Below, piece by piece: positions 10,401-19,412 of a stretch of 64,000 nt of DNA. Location: contig JBOEGF010000018.1 in assembly GCA_050633305.1 (NCBI GenBank), positions 192,001 to 256,000 of the forward strand. Direction: 5' to 3'. Position numbers and translations under genes: made by a program. The stretch comes from Nannocystales bacterium. Its GTDB lineage: Bacteria; Myxococcota_A; Polyangia; Nannocystales; Nannocystaceae. Within the stretch, counting starts at the first letter, position 1. The number at the start of each line of letters is the position of its first letter. The notes beneath the pieces were generated by a model, which ran no database searches, was not told the origin of the DNA, and saw only the letters and a list, made by a program, of their open reading frames with translations.

Positions 10401-13400
10401 CCGGCGACGCACAGTCGAGCACGCGGCGTCGGTCGGCGACGGTGGACGAGGAGAGGTACAGGTCGAGCATGAGTTCTGCGGCAGCAGAGCCGGGCGCATT
10501 CGCCAAGCTCGTCGTCGCCGGACAGCCCTGGCCCTCGAAAGCGGCGGCCTCGAGGCGGGCTTTGAGGCGAAGTCGGTCTACCAGCGTGTGGCCGTCCGCC
10601 CGTACCGTCGCTGCAGCGAAGGCGGGGACCACCGCATCGAGCGGCGCGAAGCTTTTTCGGAGCAGCGCGAATGCAGTCAGCATCGAGTCCGCGCGGGCGT
10701 ATGGCGCCGAGGCGATGAGGGTGAAGACCCGGCCTCCCACCGGAATACTGGCGACCGCCCAGACATTGGTCGAGCTGCTGAGCGTGGCCTCGACCGCTTC
10801 GCCCCCTGGCAACTCGGTGCTGCGCACGAAGTGCTGCGTGTAGCCGTGAGCGGCGAGCGCATCGAGGGTTGGGCGCAAGCACTCTTCGCCCAAACATCGA
10901 GATGCGCGAGCTTCTTGCGTGACCGACAGCCATTCGCCCCCGGGCCCTTCGGCGCTGAGGGGTTCGTCTGGGCGGGGGTCCCACGCCAGAGGGAAGAATC
11001 CATCGGCGCCGATCTCGGTGTGACTACGGTAGCGCGGGATCAGGGCGTCCATGTCCTGGGGCGAGATGGACGCGAGCCGGCCGTCAAACGCTTCCGTGGA
11101 CCGGATCCACGCGGGGAGACCCGGCCGGGCGCCCAGCACCGACTCGGGCAGGGGCGCGTGCCGGAAGAGTGCCGACTGCGGGTATGCGCCGCGACCTCGG
11201 GCGATCGACGCCTTCGCGCCCTCGATGTCGTCGGATCCGGCGTGGGCCATCGCCGCGACGACGGAAACCAGCGGATTCGTCGGGGCGTCGTCCTCAAGCT
11301 GGGTGAGCAAGGTCAAGGCGTGCTCATGCCGTCCGTGTCGGGTCTCGGCCTCCGCGAGCACGAGTTGCAGCACGGCGGATTCCGGGTGTGCGGCGTGCAT
11401 CGGCTCCACCTCGGATGCGGTGTCGTAGGACTCGAATGCGAGTGAGACCGCCGAACCCAGGACCTCGGCCGGGGCCCGCTCGGATGCGAGGTCCTCGGCC
11501 AACAGTGGCGCGAGGGCGTGGGCCCGCGCTGCACCCAAGGGACCGACGGGCATCTGGGGGTCTTCGGGCATCGCCGCGCTCACCTCGGCGTAGTGCTGCG
11601 CGGAGCGAGGGCGTTGTCCGCGGAGGCCCTGGTAGGCAAGCCGGGCGTAGCGGGTGGCGACGTCGACGTTGGACTCCGACAACGTGCCCGCGTGTGCCTG
11701 CTCGGCCCGAACAGCGTACTCGGGTTCGGGAACCTCGTTGGAGCTGTTGTCGCTGTAGCGGGCGAACGCATGTCCTTCGATGCGCGAGTGTGCGGCTCGC
11801 TCGGGCTGGTTTCCCATCGAGAGCCATGCGCCGAGGTTTTGGTGGAGGACCGCGATGTCCGCTCGGTCGCGCAGCGGAGCGGTGCTCGCTTGGTAGGGCG
11901 GCGGGGGTCGACCTTCAAACAGCGTCGCGAGGGCGGTCGGAGAGGGGACGTCTTGCTGTAAGAGCAGGTAGCTGTAGTTGACCGCCGACTGCCAGCTGCT
12001 GGCACGTTCGGCCTCCCATGCGCGCCGGCAGGTTGGGAGGGCGCGGGGGTCCTCGGGTGCGTCGCTGAGCAGCATGCATGCGTAGCCGAGCATTGTTGCG
12101 CCCTTCGCGTTGTCGAGCAGTGCCTCGTGCTCGGCGGCCGCACCCAAGTCGGAGCGCCAGCGCCACTCGTGCCACAGCACGTCGTCAGAGATCGCGTCAT
12201 CGAGGGCGGCCTGGTGGAGACGGACCAGCGCGTGCGTAGACTCCAGTGCGTACAGACTGTCTTCGGGAACCTCGGTGCGCGCGACCGAGAGCGCGGCTTG
12301 GTGCTCGCCGGTCAGCAGCATCAGGTCGAGGATTGTCTCGTTCGGGGCGTAAGGCGCTCGCTGGTGAAGCGCCACGAGTTTGGCAGCCAGTGGGCGTGCA
12401 TCGGCAAGGCTCGTCGAGGCGTTGAGCAACTCGGTCCCCTTGTCGATCGCGGTGTAGAGCACGTCGGGAACGAGCGAGTCCGAGGCCTCCCACGCCTGCT
12501 GTGGATCGTTGGACAGCGCCTGCATTCGCGCGAGTGTCTTGAGGTCGGTGATCGATCCTTGCTCGACGGCTCGTATGACGGCGAATGAGAGCGCACCGTG
12601 GCGCGTCATCGCGAGCAGACCAGCGTCGGTCTGCAGCGAAACGCCCAGTTCGAGCAGATGTCGTGACGCCGTAGGGCGCTGTGGCCAAAGGTCCACGAGG
12701 GCGTCTCGGGCGCCCGGAACGTCCCCAGATTCGGCGAGCATCAGGGCCTCTGTCTCTCGTCGGGCCGGGTCGTTCGCTGGGACTTTCGCCAGATGGTTCC
12801 GCGCGTCTTCAAGCTCTCCCGCTTCGAACGCAGCGCGTCCGGCGAGCCCGTACAAGAGGGTGGATGCCGGGGCGGGGAGACCCTCGGCGAGCTGGCCGTA
12901 GATCTCCTCAGCCTTGGAGAACGCACCCGCCCGAACGTGGATGCTTGCGGTCTGCATGCGGGAGGGCCAGGGCGCGGCGGCGTCGAGGGCTGCGTCCATG
13001 CCGAAGCCCACGCTCGGGACGTCACCCCACCAGCGGGCATCGAGCCACGAGCCGCCCCCATGGGTGGCCTCGTCGCGCCCCGCAAGTTTGTCGGCGAGTG
13101 TGAGCTGCAAAGCGGCGAGGCTGGGCGTGGGCAGGGTGTTACCGAAGCGCTGCAGCCAGTCGTCGGCTTGCCCGAGCGAGCCTCGCTTCATTAGGCCGGA
13201 GACGTACGCATTGGTGAAGGTGGAGGACAACGCGAGTGTGGTGTCTCGAGCGCCTTGGAGGGCAGCCCAGCCCGCCTCATCGAGGTCTGCCGAGCCGACC
13301 CAGCCCAGGAGCGTGTCTGCGGCGGCGTGGTCCAGCCCTGCGTCGCCGAGCGCCCAGGTCGCATGGGAGTAGGGTTGGGTGAGCAGCGGGCCGCACAGCT

Positions 13401-14715
13401 GCGGACCGTGCTGTTGCTCAAGGCATCGGTCGAGGAGCGGAAGCGCTGGACCGATGCGATCCTTCACCCAACGTCGATCGCTTCGGCTCAGAGCACCTGA
13501 GGCCCAAAGCCGGACGTCGTCTTCTTGGGTGAGTTGCGGGTCGCGGACTGCGACACGGCGCAGCAGCGCCGCCTGAAGAGCCGTACCCAGTGGTGTCTCG
13601 GGGTCGGGGAAGTGTGCCCAGTCCATGACCTGGGCCCGCCAGCGGGCCAATGCGCGGTCGGCTGCGAGGAAGGATGCGCCCTTGTGCTTGGATCTCCACA
13701 GATCATAGGCCTCGGCCTTGCCCGCGTGCACCAGGGCGAGCCCCTCGATCAGTTCGGCGAGGTCCCGCTGGCTCTCGGAGGACCAGCTGGCCTCCGCCGC
13801 TTCGAGGACCATCAACGCGTCCCCGGACAAGCCCCGAACGAGCAGCCGATGGGCGTAGTGGAGCTGCGCCGCGGGAGCGTCGGCGTAGGTCTCAGAGCGT
13901 CGCCGAGCGCGTGAGAGAACCGAGAGTGGACTCCACAGTGCAACCTGATCCGCGAACAAGTCGGCGTCCGGGATCAGGGTTCCCGCTCGCATGGCCTCGC
14001 GAAGCTCGAGCAGGATTCGTGCGCGAAGGTCGGACGGGTCGTGTTTGCTGATCGTGGCCGCGAGCTCGACCGCACGTTGGCTCAGCGCTCCAGCACGGAC
14101 GTCCTTGGTGAGTACCGACCAGCGCACGTCATTGCCGGACGCTCCAAGCTCGCGCATCACCGCACCGGGGGGGGGGCTGTCCAACGCTGACACGCCGCCG
14201 AGCACCCCGTCCGCACTTTGCAGCAGGTGCCAAACTGCCAACCAGGCCTCAGGATCGTTCTCGGTACGCTTGAGAAGTTCTCGAGGGTCGCCCTCCCAGT
14301 ACGCGCTGTGCTCACACCCCCAGATCAGGTCCTCTGCGTTCGGTCTGCGTTTCGCGAGCGCGGCGCTCAAGACGAGGTTGCCGTCTCCGAATCGTCGTCC
14401 CAACCGCAGCCCCATGTTGGCGGCGCGGCGGAGCTCGCGTTGTGCGGCCGCCTGTTGCGCGTTGGGAGCTTCTGCAGCGCGCGCGACACGGGCGGTGGCT
14501 TGTGCTCTCTCCAAGCGCTTCGTCGCATGAAAGATCGCGTCAGTTCCAAGTCCGAGGTCGCTGGCAAACGCGGCTCGTTGCGCATGGTCTTCGGGGCCGA
14601 GCTTTGCGTTTTGTTCCAGTCGTCCGCGAGTGAGCGCCGCGGGATGGTCGAGGCGAGCCGCACACGCCGCAAGGAGGCACAGGAGACCCAGCCAAAACGC
14701 GCGAGGTGCCATCAC
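7462..14715 (-). CDS. Giant (2417 aa) lipoprotein with TPR-like repeats and C-terminal transglutaminase-like domain
   Basis: Lipobox LLAAC near the N-terminus; long Ala/Leu-rich helical repeats; C-terminal GDCSEYALLTVSLLRAAGVPA...HAWV...WFEIDPTWG (Cys-His-Asp triad). Start is GTG 14715 or ATG 14712. Confidence 0.85.
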   Translation of the reverse strand: MMAPRAFWLGLLCLLAACAARLDHPAALTRGRLEQNAKLGPEDHAQRAAFASDLGLGTDAIFHATKRLERAQATARVARAAEAPNAQQAAAQRELRRAANMGLRLGRRFGDGNLVLSAALAKRRPNAEDLIWGCEHSAYWEGDPRELLKRTENDPEAWLAVWHLLQSADGVLGGVSALDSPPPGAVMRELGASGNDVRWSVLTKDVRAGALSQRAVELAATISKHDPSDLRARILLELREAMRAGTLIPDADLFADQVALWSPLSVLSRARRRSETYADAPAAQLHYAHRLLVRGLSGDALMVLEAAEASWSSESQRDLAELIEGLALVHAGKAEAYDLWRSKHKGASFLAADRALARWRAQVMDWAHFPDPETPLGTALQAALLRRVAVRDPQLTQEDDVRLWASGALSRSDRRWVKDRIGPALPLLDRCLEQQHGPQLCGPLLTQPYSHATWALGDAGLDHAAADTLLGWVGSADLDEAGWAALQGARDTTLALSSTFTNAYVSGLMKRGSLGQADDWLQRFGNTLPTPSLAALQLTLADKLAGRDEATHGGGSWLDARWWGDVPSVGFGMDAALDAAAPWPSRMQTASIHVRAGAFSKAEEIYGQLAEGLPAPASTLLYGLAGRAAFEAGELEDARNHLAKVPANDPARRETEALMLAESGDVPGARDALVDLWPQRPTASRHLLELGVSLQTDAGLLAMTRHGALSFAVIRAVEQGSITDLKTLARMQALSNDPQQAWEASDSLVPDVLYTAIDKGTELLNASTSLADARPLAAKLVALHQRAPYAPNETILDLMLLTGEHQAALSVARTEVPEDSLYALESTHALVRLHQAALDDAISDDVLWHEWRWRSDLGAAAEHEALLDNAKGATMLGYACMLLSDAPEDPRALPTCRRAWEAERASSWQSAVNYSYLLLQQDVPSPTALATLFEGRPPPPYQASTAPLRDRADIAVLHQNLGAWLSMGNQPERAAHSRIEGHAFARYSDNSSNEVPEPEYAVRAEQAHAGTLSESNVDVATRYARLAYQGLRGQRPRSAQHYAEVSAAMPEDPQMPVGPLGAARAHALAPLLAEDLASERAPAEVLGSAVSLAFESYDTASEVEPMHAAHPESAVLQLVLAEAETRHGRHEHALTLLTQLEDDAPTNPLVSVVAAMAHAGSDDIEGAKASIARGRGAYPQSALFRHAPLPESVLGARPGLPAWIRSTEAFDGRLASISPQDMDALIPRYRSHTEIGADGFFPLAWDPRPDEPLSAEGPGGEWLSVTQEARASRCLGEECLRPTLDALAAHGYTQHFVRSTELPGGEAVEATLSSSTNVWAVASIPVGGRVFTLIASAPYARADSMLTAFALLRKSFAPLDAVVPAFAAATVRADGHTLVDRLRLKARLEAAAFEGQGCPATTSLANAPGSAAAELMLDLYLSSSTVADRRRVLDCASPGDRTARRVSLATLLDDDAGLHAWGRKAVLHHPSRALRDAKHLLPMGIPLSAPDYFDRTETGPRGRIELGLALPEINARRWTAELLAGGEEDAVQDAWVIASQRPGLVDTAQAYETAVQGPPSLAFLAFDVLEVAEPSVYARAVRSRFDALDPKTLPKERRWETRSLGYGLVELADAQDGPRLRNVAKRFDDKEEGHQNIAKMLRQFSDWHGKVVAGAAHDAKSFNPAQRAMARAAKKPRSAEVLAKSPLPELLPTRHWTFSRVASPGLFASTVLDLAQRLDPGDPTVRLMLDRAVESVRKTNGFDALLEGGGLDLSEPIECANMAGDSGFVCAATVLDQDALLTELGQRGYDSDAGLAIVLRLSNGAGLLPVALSILPGVLHELVYQEVEKEDKPQEDPEERRTERFRHRKRIAGHELHYYAIIDAQTSSIGTDAERYLFVGDRVLVFSNDFMARRVLFEPAEDTPSLGQDPEFISLTRGWKDGSALQAAFMGMSSPIDDASVASEVVADGKGVAFQYSATTDAHVLDMTNAHGHLPPGAVSTLVVGYPEQKDDDDLRELTEVELAAGDVVPPTELLLRSTGAALGWYPAVGDGLWKQWVLVFPSSKPLRAAAAKSGVRGPTGTPKRSRAGWWYGSADGLVLIASTEALLRTALSRPPARTGGPHLLGRGSFDGARASKVIAKIPVTATGLDRVVLRFFAGAVGLVEDVGFEATWEPSTRVGRMQGRMSLRLRDRDASEVVDQWLASARFRNAAALPRTLPRSETDGTLRFKLAVGDAQTFVDQSVYPSARGSARAVDETHVELVVRAKARDTDAAAVLSESREKELLKTSNDLRIHAPEIETVRDSLTKPDMDATAKATAITQWVHERVAYEVTPRSIDATQILKVGRGDCSEYALLTVSLLRAAGVPAEVRSGMAAEGDDMVAHAWVAYHDGKRWFEIDPTWGRMAVTAGHLPLEVSDVLALVSLGQMEIEAIEVVK
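14167..14176. repeat. G10/C10 homopolymer tract inside the giant transglutaminase gene
   Basis: cgcacc-GGGGGGGGGG-ctgt; encodes S-P-P-P on the minus strand; longest homopolymer I found in the window. Confidence 0.9.
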
Positions 14716-14779
14716 GATATCCGCCTATCACGGCTTACCCCCAAACGACAGTGCGGTGCGTGTCGGGGTACAATTGGGG

Positions 14780-15433
14780 ATGCGTTGGACTTGGATTGGG
14801 TGTGTCGTGTGGTCGGTGGCTTGCGGTCCGGCGGTTGAGACCGAGGAGGGGGGGACGACGCAATCAAGCGACTCGACCGGTGTGGACAGCCCGGCGGCGC
14901 CGACGATGACGGAGCCGAGCACGTCTCCGGTCGATGGGATGGGCTCAAGCGGCGAGACCGGGGCCGATGCGACGACGGGCACCTCTTCGCTCGACGGCGA
15001 GTTTTTTCTCGCCATCACGGCAACGCCGGTTGCCCCGACGACGCCGTTTCAGTTTCTCGCTGAGGTCAAGGTCGATGCCGGCGCGGTGGCCATGTTGTTG
15101 ACGCCGCTGAGCCTCGAGATCGCTTCGGTGGACGCTCCGCGTGAACCCGTGCCCCCGCCGTTCGAGGTCTCCGGCTCGATCTCTACCGACGGGTCATTCG
15201 GTATCGAGATCCCGGAGCTCTCGCTTCCGGGCCCGACGAACCCGATCACCGGGTCCGACATCATCGCCTCGGTGACGCTCGAAGGGGTGATCAGCAACGA
15301 CCAGATCTGCGGGCGGGTGTCTGGGATGATCACTTCGCCGGCGAGTATTGACCTCACCGGGAGCACCCTGGCCGGGGTGAGGATGGACGGTGGCCCGCTG
15401 CCTCTCCCTGAGGACCTCGGTTGCGCGCCGTAG
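14780..15433 (+). CDS. Hypothetical lipoprotein with Ser/Thr-rich linker and beta-rich domain
   Basis: MRWTWIGCVVWSVAC lipobox-like signal, S/T/G/D-rich linker, then a beta-rich domain (NPITGSDI, CGRVSG). ATG 14780 lies 5 nt after TACAAT. Confidence 0.75.
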   Translation: MRWTWIGCVVWSVACGPAVETEEGGTTQSSDSTGVDSPAAPTMTEPSTSPVDGMGSSGETGADATTGTSSLDGEFFLAITATPVAPTTPFQFLAEVKVDAGAVAMLLTPLSLEIASVDAPREPVPPPFEVSGSISTDGSFGIEIPELSLPGPTNPITGSDIIASVTLEGVISNDQICGRVSGMITSPASIDLTGSTLAGVRMDGGPLPLPEDLGCAP

Positions 15434-15434
15434 C

Positions 15435-15740
15435 TCAGCTGTCGCAGCCGAGCGGGGCTGCGATTTTGCTCATCTGTGTCGCCAGTCGGATGTCGAGCGC
15501 GGTGACTCCCCCTGCATCGTGGGTCCACAGCTGAACCTCGACTTTCCCGTACACGTTGTACCAGTTGGGGTGGTGGTCCAACGTTTCGCACACCATCGCG
15601 ACCCGGACCATGAACCCAATCGCGGTGCTGAAGTCGGGGAACTCGAAGCTTCGGCTCAGCTGATTCGCGGAGAGCGCCCAGCCGGGAAGCTCAGAGAGAA
15701 ACTCGGCGATCGTCTCGTCACTCAGTCGCGGGTTGCCCAC
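15435..15740 (-). CDS. phhB: Pterin-4-alpha-carbinolamine dehydratase
   Basis: FPDFSTAIGFM...LDHHPNWYNVYGKVEVQLWTHDAGGVTALD signature. Confidence 0.95.
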   Translation of the reverse strand: MGNPRLSDETIAEFLSELPGWALSANQLSRSFEFPDFSTAIGFMVRVAMVCETLDHHPNWYNVYGKVEVQLWTHDAGGVTALDIRLATQMSKIAAPLGCDS

Positions 15741-15801
15741 GGGTCGAACTATACAGCCCGAGACCTTGGCGGGGGCGTGTCGCCTGCGGCATCGTGAGCC
15801 G

Positions 15802-17061
15802 ATGCTCGGTCTGCCGCTGTCGCTGCTCCTCTCGCTCGCCGCCGGGGCAGCACCGGATCCTCAGCTTCTGGACGCGACCAGACTGGCCCGGACGGAGTAC
15901 GAGTGGTTTCACGCGCACCCGGAACTCTCGAAGGAAGAGGTTCACACGGCCAAGCACCTTGCCGAGGTGTTGCGCGGATTGGGACTCGAAGTTCACGAAG
16001 GGATCGGCGGTACGGGTCTCGTCGGCGTCCTAAAGGGGAATGGCCCCGGCCCGACGGTCTTGTACCGAGCAGACATGGATGGGCTTCCGGTGACCGAGGC
16101 GACGGGGCTGCCGTACGCCAGTCGGAACAAGGGGGTGATGCACGCGTGCGGGCATGACGTGCACATGGCGACCGCCGTGGGCGCGCTCTCCGTGCTCGCT
16201 TCGACTCGCGACACCTGGTCAGGCACGGTGTTGTTCGTCGGTCAGCCGGCGGAAGAGCTGGGAGCAGGGGCCCGCGCCATCGTGGCCGACCGGGCCTTCA
16301 AGAAGCTGTTGAAGAAACACGGCAAACCTCGATTGGCCATCGCGCTTCACGATGCTGCCGACGTTCCCGCAGGCCAGGTCAGCATCATCGAGGGCCTCCA
16401 TCATGCCAACGTCGACGGGGTCGACATCATCGTGCACGGCAAGGGAGGGCACGGGGCGCGGCCGCACGAGGCGATCGATCCGGTCGTGATCGGTGCGGAG
16501 ATTGTCATGTCGCTGCAGACGATCGTCTCCCGGCGCATCCGGCCCGACCAAAAGGCTGTGGTCACAGTCGGGAAGTTCGATGCAGGGACCAAGCGCAACA
16601 TCATCCCGTCCTCGGCGACGTTGATGCTGACGGTCCGATCGTACGGGCCTCAGATGCGCAAGCGCCTGCTCACCGAGATCAAGCGCGTGGCCACGCAAGT
16701 CGCCAAGGCGCATGACGCCCCCAAACCGCCAACCATCCGGACCACGGCGGGGTTGCCCTCCTGCGAAAACGACCCGGAATGGACTCGAAGCATTCGAGCC
16801 GCGTTCGAGGCGGAGCTCGGCGCCGACAATGTCGGACGGCATCAGCCCTCCCTGGGTGGAGAGGACTTCGGCATCTTTGGTACGGAACTCGGTATCCCCG
16901 CGATCATGTGGAAGCTGGGTGCCGTGAACGCATCGGATTGGAAACGGGGGCGGAACCGTCCTGGCCTGCACTCCGACAAGTGGGCACCGGAGCCGGACCC
17001 GACGCTTCGGACCGGGATTCGTACGGTGGTGGCGGCGGTGCGCGCTGGATTGGCGAGCTGA
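15802..17061 (+). CDS. M20D family amidohydrolase/peptidase, possible signal peptide
   Basis: HAHPELSKEE, RADMDGLP, MHACGHDVH, QPAEE, GKGGHGARPH and GGEDF motifs; hydrophobic N-terminus from ATG 15802. Confidence 0.92.
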   Translation: MLGLPLSLLLSLAAGAAPDPQLLDATRLARTEYEWFHAHPELSKEEVHTAKHLAEVLRGLGLEVHEGIGGTGLVGVLKGNGPGPTVLYRADMDGLPVTEATGLPYASRNKGVMHACGHDVHMATAVGALSVLASTRDTWSGTVLFVGQPAEELGAGARAIVADRAFKKLLKKHGKPRLAIALHDAADVPAGQVSIIEGLHHANVDGVDIIVHGKGGHGARPHEAIDPVVIGAEIVMSLQTIVSRRIRPDQKAVVTVGKFDAGTKRNIIPSSATLMLTVRSYGPQMRKRLLTEIKRVATQVAKAHDAPKPPTIRTTAGLPSCENDPEWTRSIRAAFEAELGADNVGRHQPSLGGEDFGIFGTELGIPAIMWKLGAVNASDWKRGRNRPGLHSDKWAPEPDPTLRTGIRTVVAAVRAGLAS

Positions 17062-17083
17062 GGCGGGTGTTCACAGCGCCCCC

Positions 17084-17659
17084 TCACTGTGCCGACACGT
17101 GCAGCATGGCTGAGAGCTCCGTGCCGGTCGCGAGTGGGGGCCAGTCCGCCGCGGAGAGGACCGTGGTCATGCAATTCCAGAGGTCTGCGGCGACCGGCGG
17201 CCGGCGTTGCTCGTCGAGGATCGCGACCGCCACGTGCTCACGCTTGGTCCAGTGAAGGCGGACGGTGAGGTGGTAGCGGGACGCGCGGTCGAACTCCCGC
17301 GAACGTTCGTGGCACGCTCGCAGCCCAACACGAAGGGGCCGGATCGCGGCACGAACCGAGCGCGTGGTCTCGAAATCCGGTGCGGACACTGCACCGATTC
17401 GGACGCGTGCTCGCGGAGGCCAGTGGGAGCTCGTCGCGGGCTTGTCGAACTGAGTCTCGAGGCTGGTGCGTTTGGTGCCGAAAGAAGGGTCGAACAAGTT
17501 CGCGCCTTCGACGGTGTACTTCGACTCCGAGTCGTTCCAGCATCTGAGGTCGAACCCCGTCAGGGGCTCGGCAGAGGCGGAGGATGGAATATGCCGAGCA
17601 CAACCGCCGAACAGGACGATGGCCGCGAGCAGAAGCGGGACGATGCCGTAGACCCTCAT
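17084..17659 (-). CDS. Hypothetical lipoprotein, possible AgmX/PglI C-terminal-like domain
   Basis: LFGGC lipobox; C-terminal pattern AIRPLRVGLRACHER...WNCMTTVLSAADWP resembles the two-Cys TonB-C-like AgmX/PglI domain. Confidence 0.6.
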   Translation of the reverse strand: MRVYGIVPLLLAAIVLFGGCARHIPSSASAEPLTGFDLRCWNDSESKYTVEGANLFDPSFGTKRTSLETQFDKPATSSHWPPRARVRIGAVSAPDFETTRSVRAAIRPLRVGLRACHERSREFDRASRYHLTVRLHWTKREHVAVAILDEQRRPPVAADLWNCMTTVLSAADWPPLATGTELSAMLHVSAQ

Positions 17660-17759
17660 CGCCTGGGAAACGCGGGGCGTCCCGTGGCCTTACGGTTTGG
17701 AACCGCCGGCGCCGACGCAGGGACCGGGAGCCCCAATCCGCCCGACAGACGGAACCACG

Positions 17760-17794
17760 AAAAAGCGGCCGTGCCCGCAAGACAACGACCGCTC
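17760..17794 (-). terminator. Probable intrinsic terminator after pspA
   Basis: Minus strand GAGCGGTCGT-TGTCTTGCGGGC-ACGGCCGC-TTTTT: GC stem with one G-U pair followed by a U-tract, about 20 nt after the pspA stop. Confidence 0.65.
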
Positions 17795-17814
17795 CTTCCG
17801 ACGGACTGCGATGA

Positions 17815-18657
17815 TCAGGTCGCGGAGAGCTTCTTCTTGAGCTCTTCGAGCTGCGCGTCGATCTCGGCCCCTTTGGCAGCGTCTTCGACCTCTTCGTCGG
17901 CAACAGCATCGCCGCCACCCGCGGCCGCCGGCTCTGGTTCGACTTCGCCTGCCAGAGCTCGTCGTTCGCGCTCCTGCTCGGCGGCCTGCAGCGCCATCTT
18001 GGACTTCAGCGCGGAGAGGTCGTCATCAACCCCACTGCTGGCTTCGAGCGCCTTGAACTGCGACTCGAGGGAGGCCTCGGGAAGGGCACCGCCGATTTCG
18101 GCAACCGCTTCCGCTTCAGCTTCGATCTGCGTGACGCGATCCGACATGCGCTCGAAGGTGTCGAACGCCGAGGTGGAGTTGATGTTGGACAGCGTCTCGT
18201 TGATGGTGCGCTGCGCCTCGGCCCGTTTTTGGCGGGAGACGAGGATGTTGCGCTTGCGCTTGGCTTCCTCGATCTTGTTGTCGAGGCCTCGGAGCGCGCC
18301 CTTGAGCTGCTCGACGGACTGCTTTTGCGCTTCCCACTGCTGCTTGAGCGTCTCGGCGACTTCGCCGTGCTCGTGCTTACGTGCGAGCGCAGCCCGGGCG
18401 AGCGCGTCGTCGCCCGCTTTGACCGCGAGCATGGCCTTGCGCTCCCACTCGGCGGCCTTGTTGGCCTCTTGCTCGTACTGCTTCTTGATCCGCTTTTCGT
18501 CGGCGATTGCGACGGCGACCTGTTTCTTGGCCTCGACAAGCTGCGCCTTCATGTCCACGAGGACCTGATTGAGCATCTTCTCCGGGTCTTCGGACTTGTT
18601 GATCAGCTCGTTGATGTTGGAGCGGATCAGGGTCCCGAGTCGTGAAAACAGTCCCAT
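17815..18657 (-). CDS. pspA: PspA/IM30 family protein
   Basis: MGLFSRLGTLIRSNINELINKSEDPEKMLNQ..., WERKAMLAVKAGDDALARAAL, coiled coil, FERMSDRV; acidic C-terminal extension. Confidence 0.95.
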   Translation of the reverse strand: MGLFSRLGTLIRSNINELINKSEDPEKMLNQVLVDMKAQLVEAKKQVAVAIADEKRIKKQYEQEANKAAEWERKAMLAVKAGDDALARAALARKHEHGEVAETLKQQWEAQKQSVEQLKGALRGLDNKIEEAKRKRNILVSRQKRAEAQRTINETLSNINSTSAFDTFERMSDRVTQIEAEAEAVAEIGGALPEASLESQFKALEASSGVDDDLSALKSKMALQAAEQERERRALAGEVEPEPAAAGGGDAVADEEVEDAAKGAEIDAQLEELKKKLSAT

Positions 18658-18660
18658 GTC

Positions 18661-19101
18661 TTAAGCGTTCCTCTCGGTGCCGGTCTGGTCGGCCGCACCC
18701 GTGCTCTGGTTGGAGGCGACCATCGGAGCAATCTTGGCATAGTGATTGTCGAGCGCCATGCACATGTCGTCCACCATTGCCTGGAACTCGTTGAAGTCGA
18801 GGTTCTCGAGCTGTTGGGCGCCCGAGAGCACCAACTGAGAGCCCTGAAGGGAGTAGCTCGCGTGAAGTAGCTCGGAGTTGAGCTCGAGCAGCATGCGGAA
18901 CACCGCGGCGTGATCGCCCACGGCGCTGACGCCAAGCTCGAACAGCTGGATGGAAAAGAGGACGATGGGGTCTTCGATCTTGACACCGAGGCTCGCGTTT
19001 CGCGCGCTCTCGGGGTGTAGGACCCAGGTCCCGTCGGCGATCTGCTCGTACGGCAGACCGCTCTTGATGAGGAAGGAGTCGAGTTTGTCAGCGCTGCTCA
19101 T
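18661..19101 (-). CDS. YbjN/CesT (type III chaperone-like) domain protein
   Basis: From ATG 19101 (MSSADKLDSFL...): FRMLLELNSELLHASYSL...LENLDFNEFQAMVD pattern; stop is 3 nt before the pspA start. Confidence 0.75.
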   Translation of the reverse strand: MSSADKLDSFLIKSGLPYEQIADGTWVLHPESARNASLGVKIEDPIVLFSIQLFELGVSAVGDHAAVFRMLLELNSELLHASYSLQGSQLVLSGAQQLENLDFNEFQAMVDDMCMALDNHYAKIAPMVASNQSTGAADQTGTERNA

Positions 19102-19412
19102 GCCTGTGGACCATGCTGGTACGCGCCCCGGACGGGGCCGTGCGAGAGAGGGCGGGGCCACCGGGGGCCTCGCGAGTCCGCGCACCGGAAACGCGGGGGT
19201 GCAGGGTATTCCAGGCCACGATAGCGCGGCAAGCGACGAACCTGACCGGTGACACGGTGGGGCTAGGTCTGCGACAACCGGAGCTGGACGCGGTTTCTTC
19301 CCACCAACCCGGCTGTGACGACCGTTCACGCACGGGTCCTGGCCGCCGGGTCCCTACGGCCCCTCCCGGGACTTCCCCGGGCTGGGTCTGCGTGGTATCT
19401 CGCCAGGGTCGC

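Noticed and set aside
19195..19270. TPP-riboswitch-like fragments (GGGGTGC ... GAACCTGA-CCGG) upstream of uppS
   Set aside because: The conserved CTGAGA element and the AGGGA 3' strand are absent, and the downstream gene is unrelated to thiamine. An Infernal search with the Rfam TPP model would settle it.
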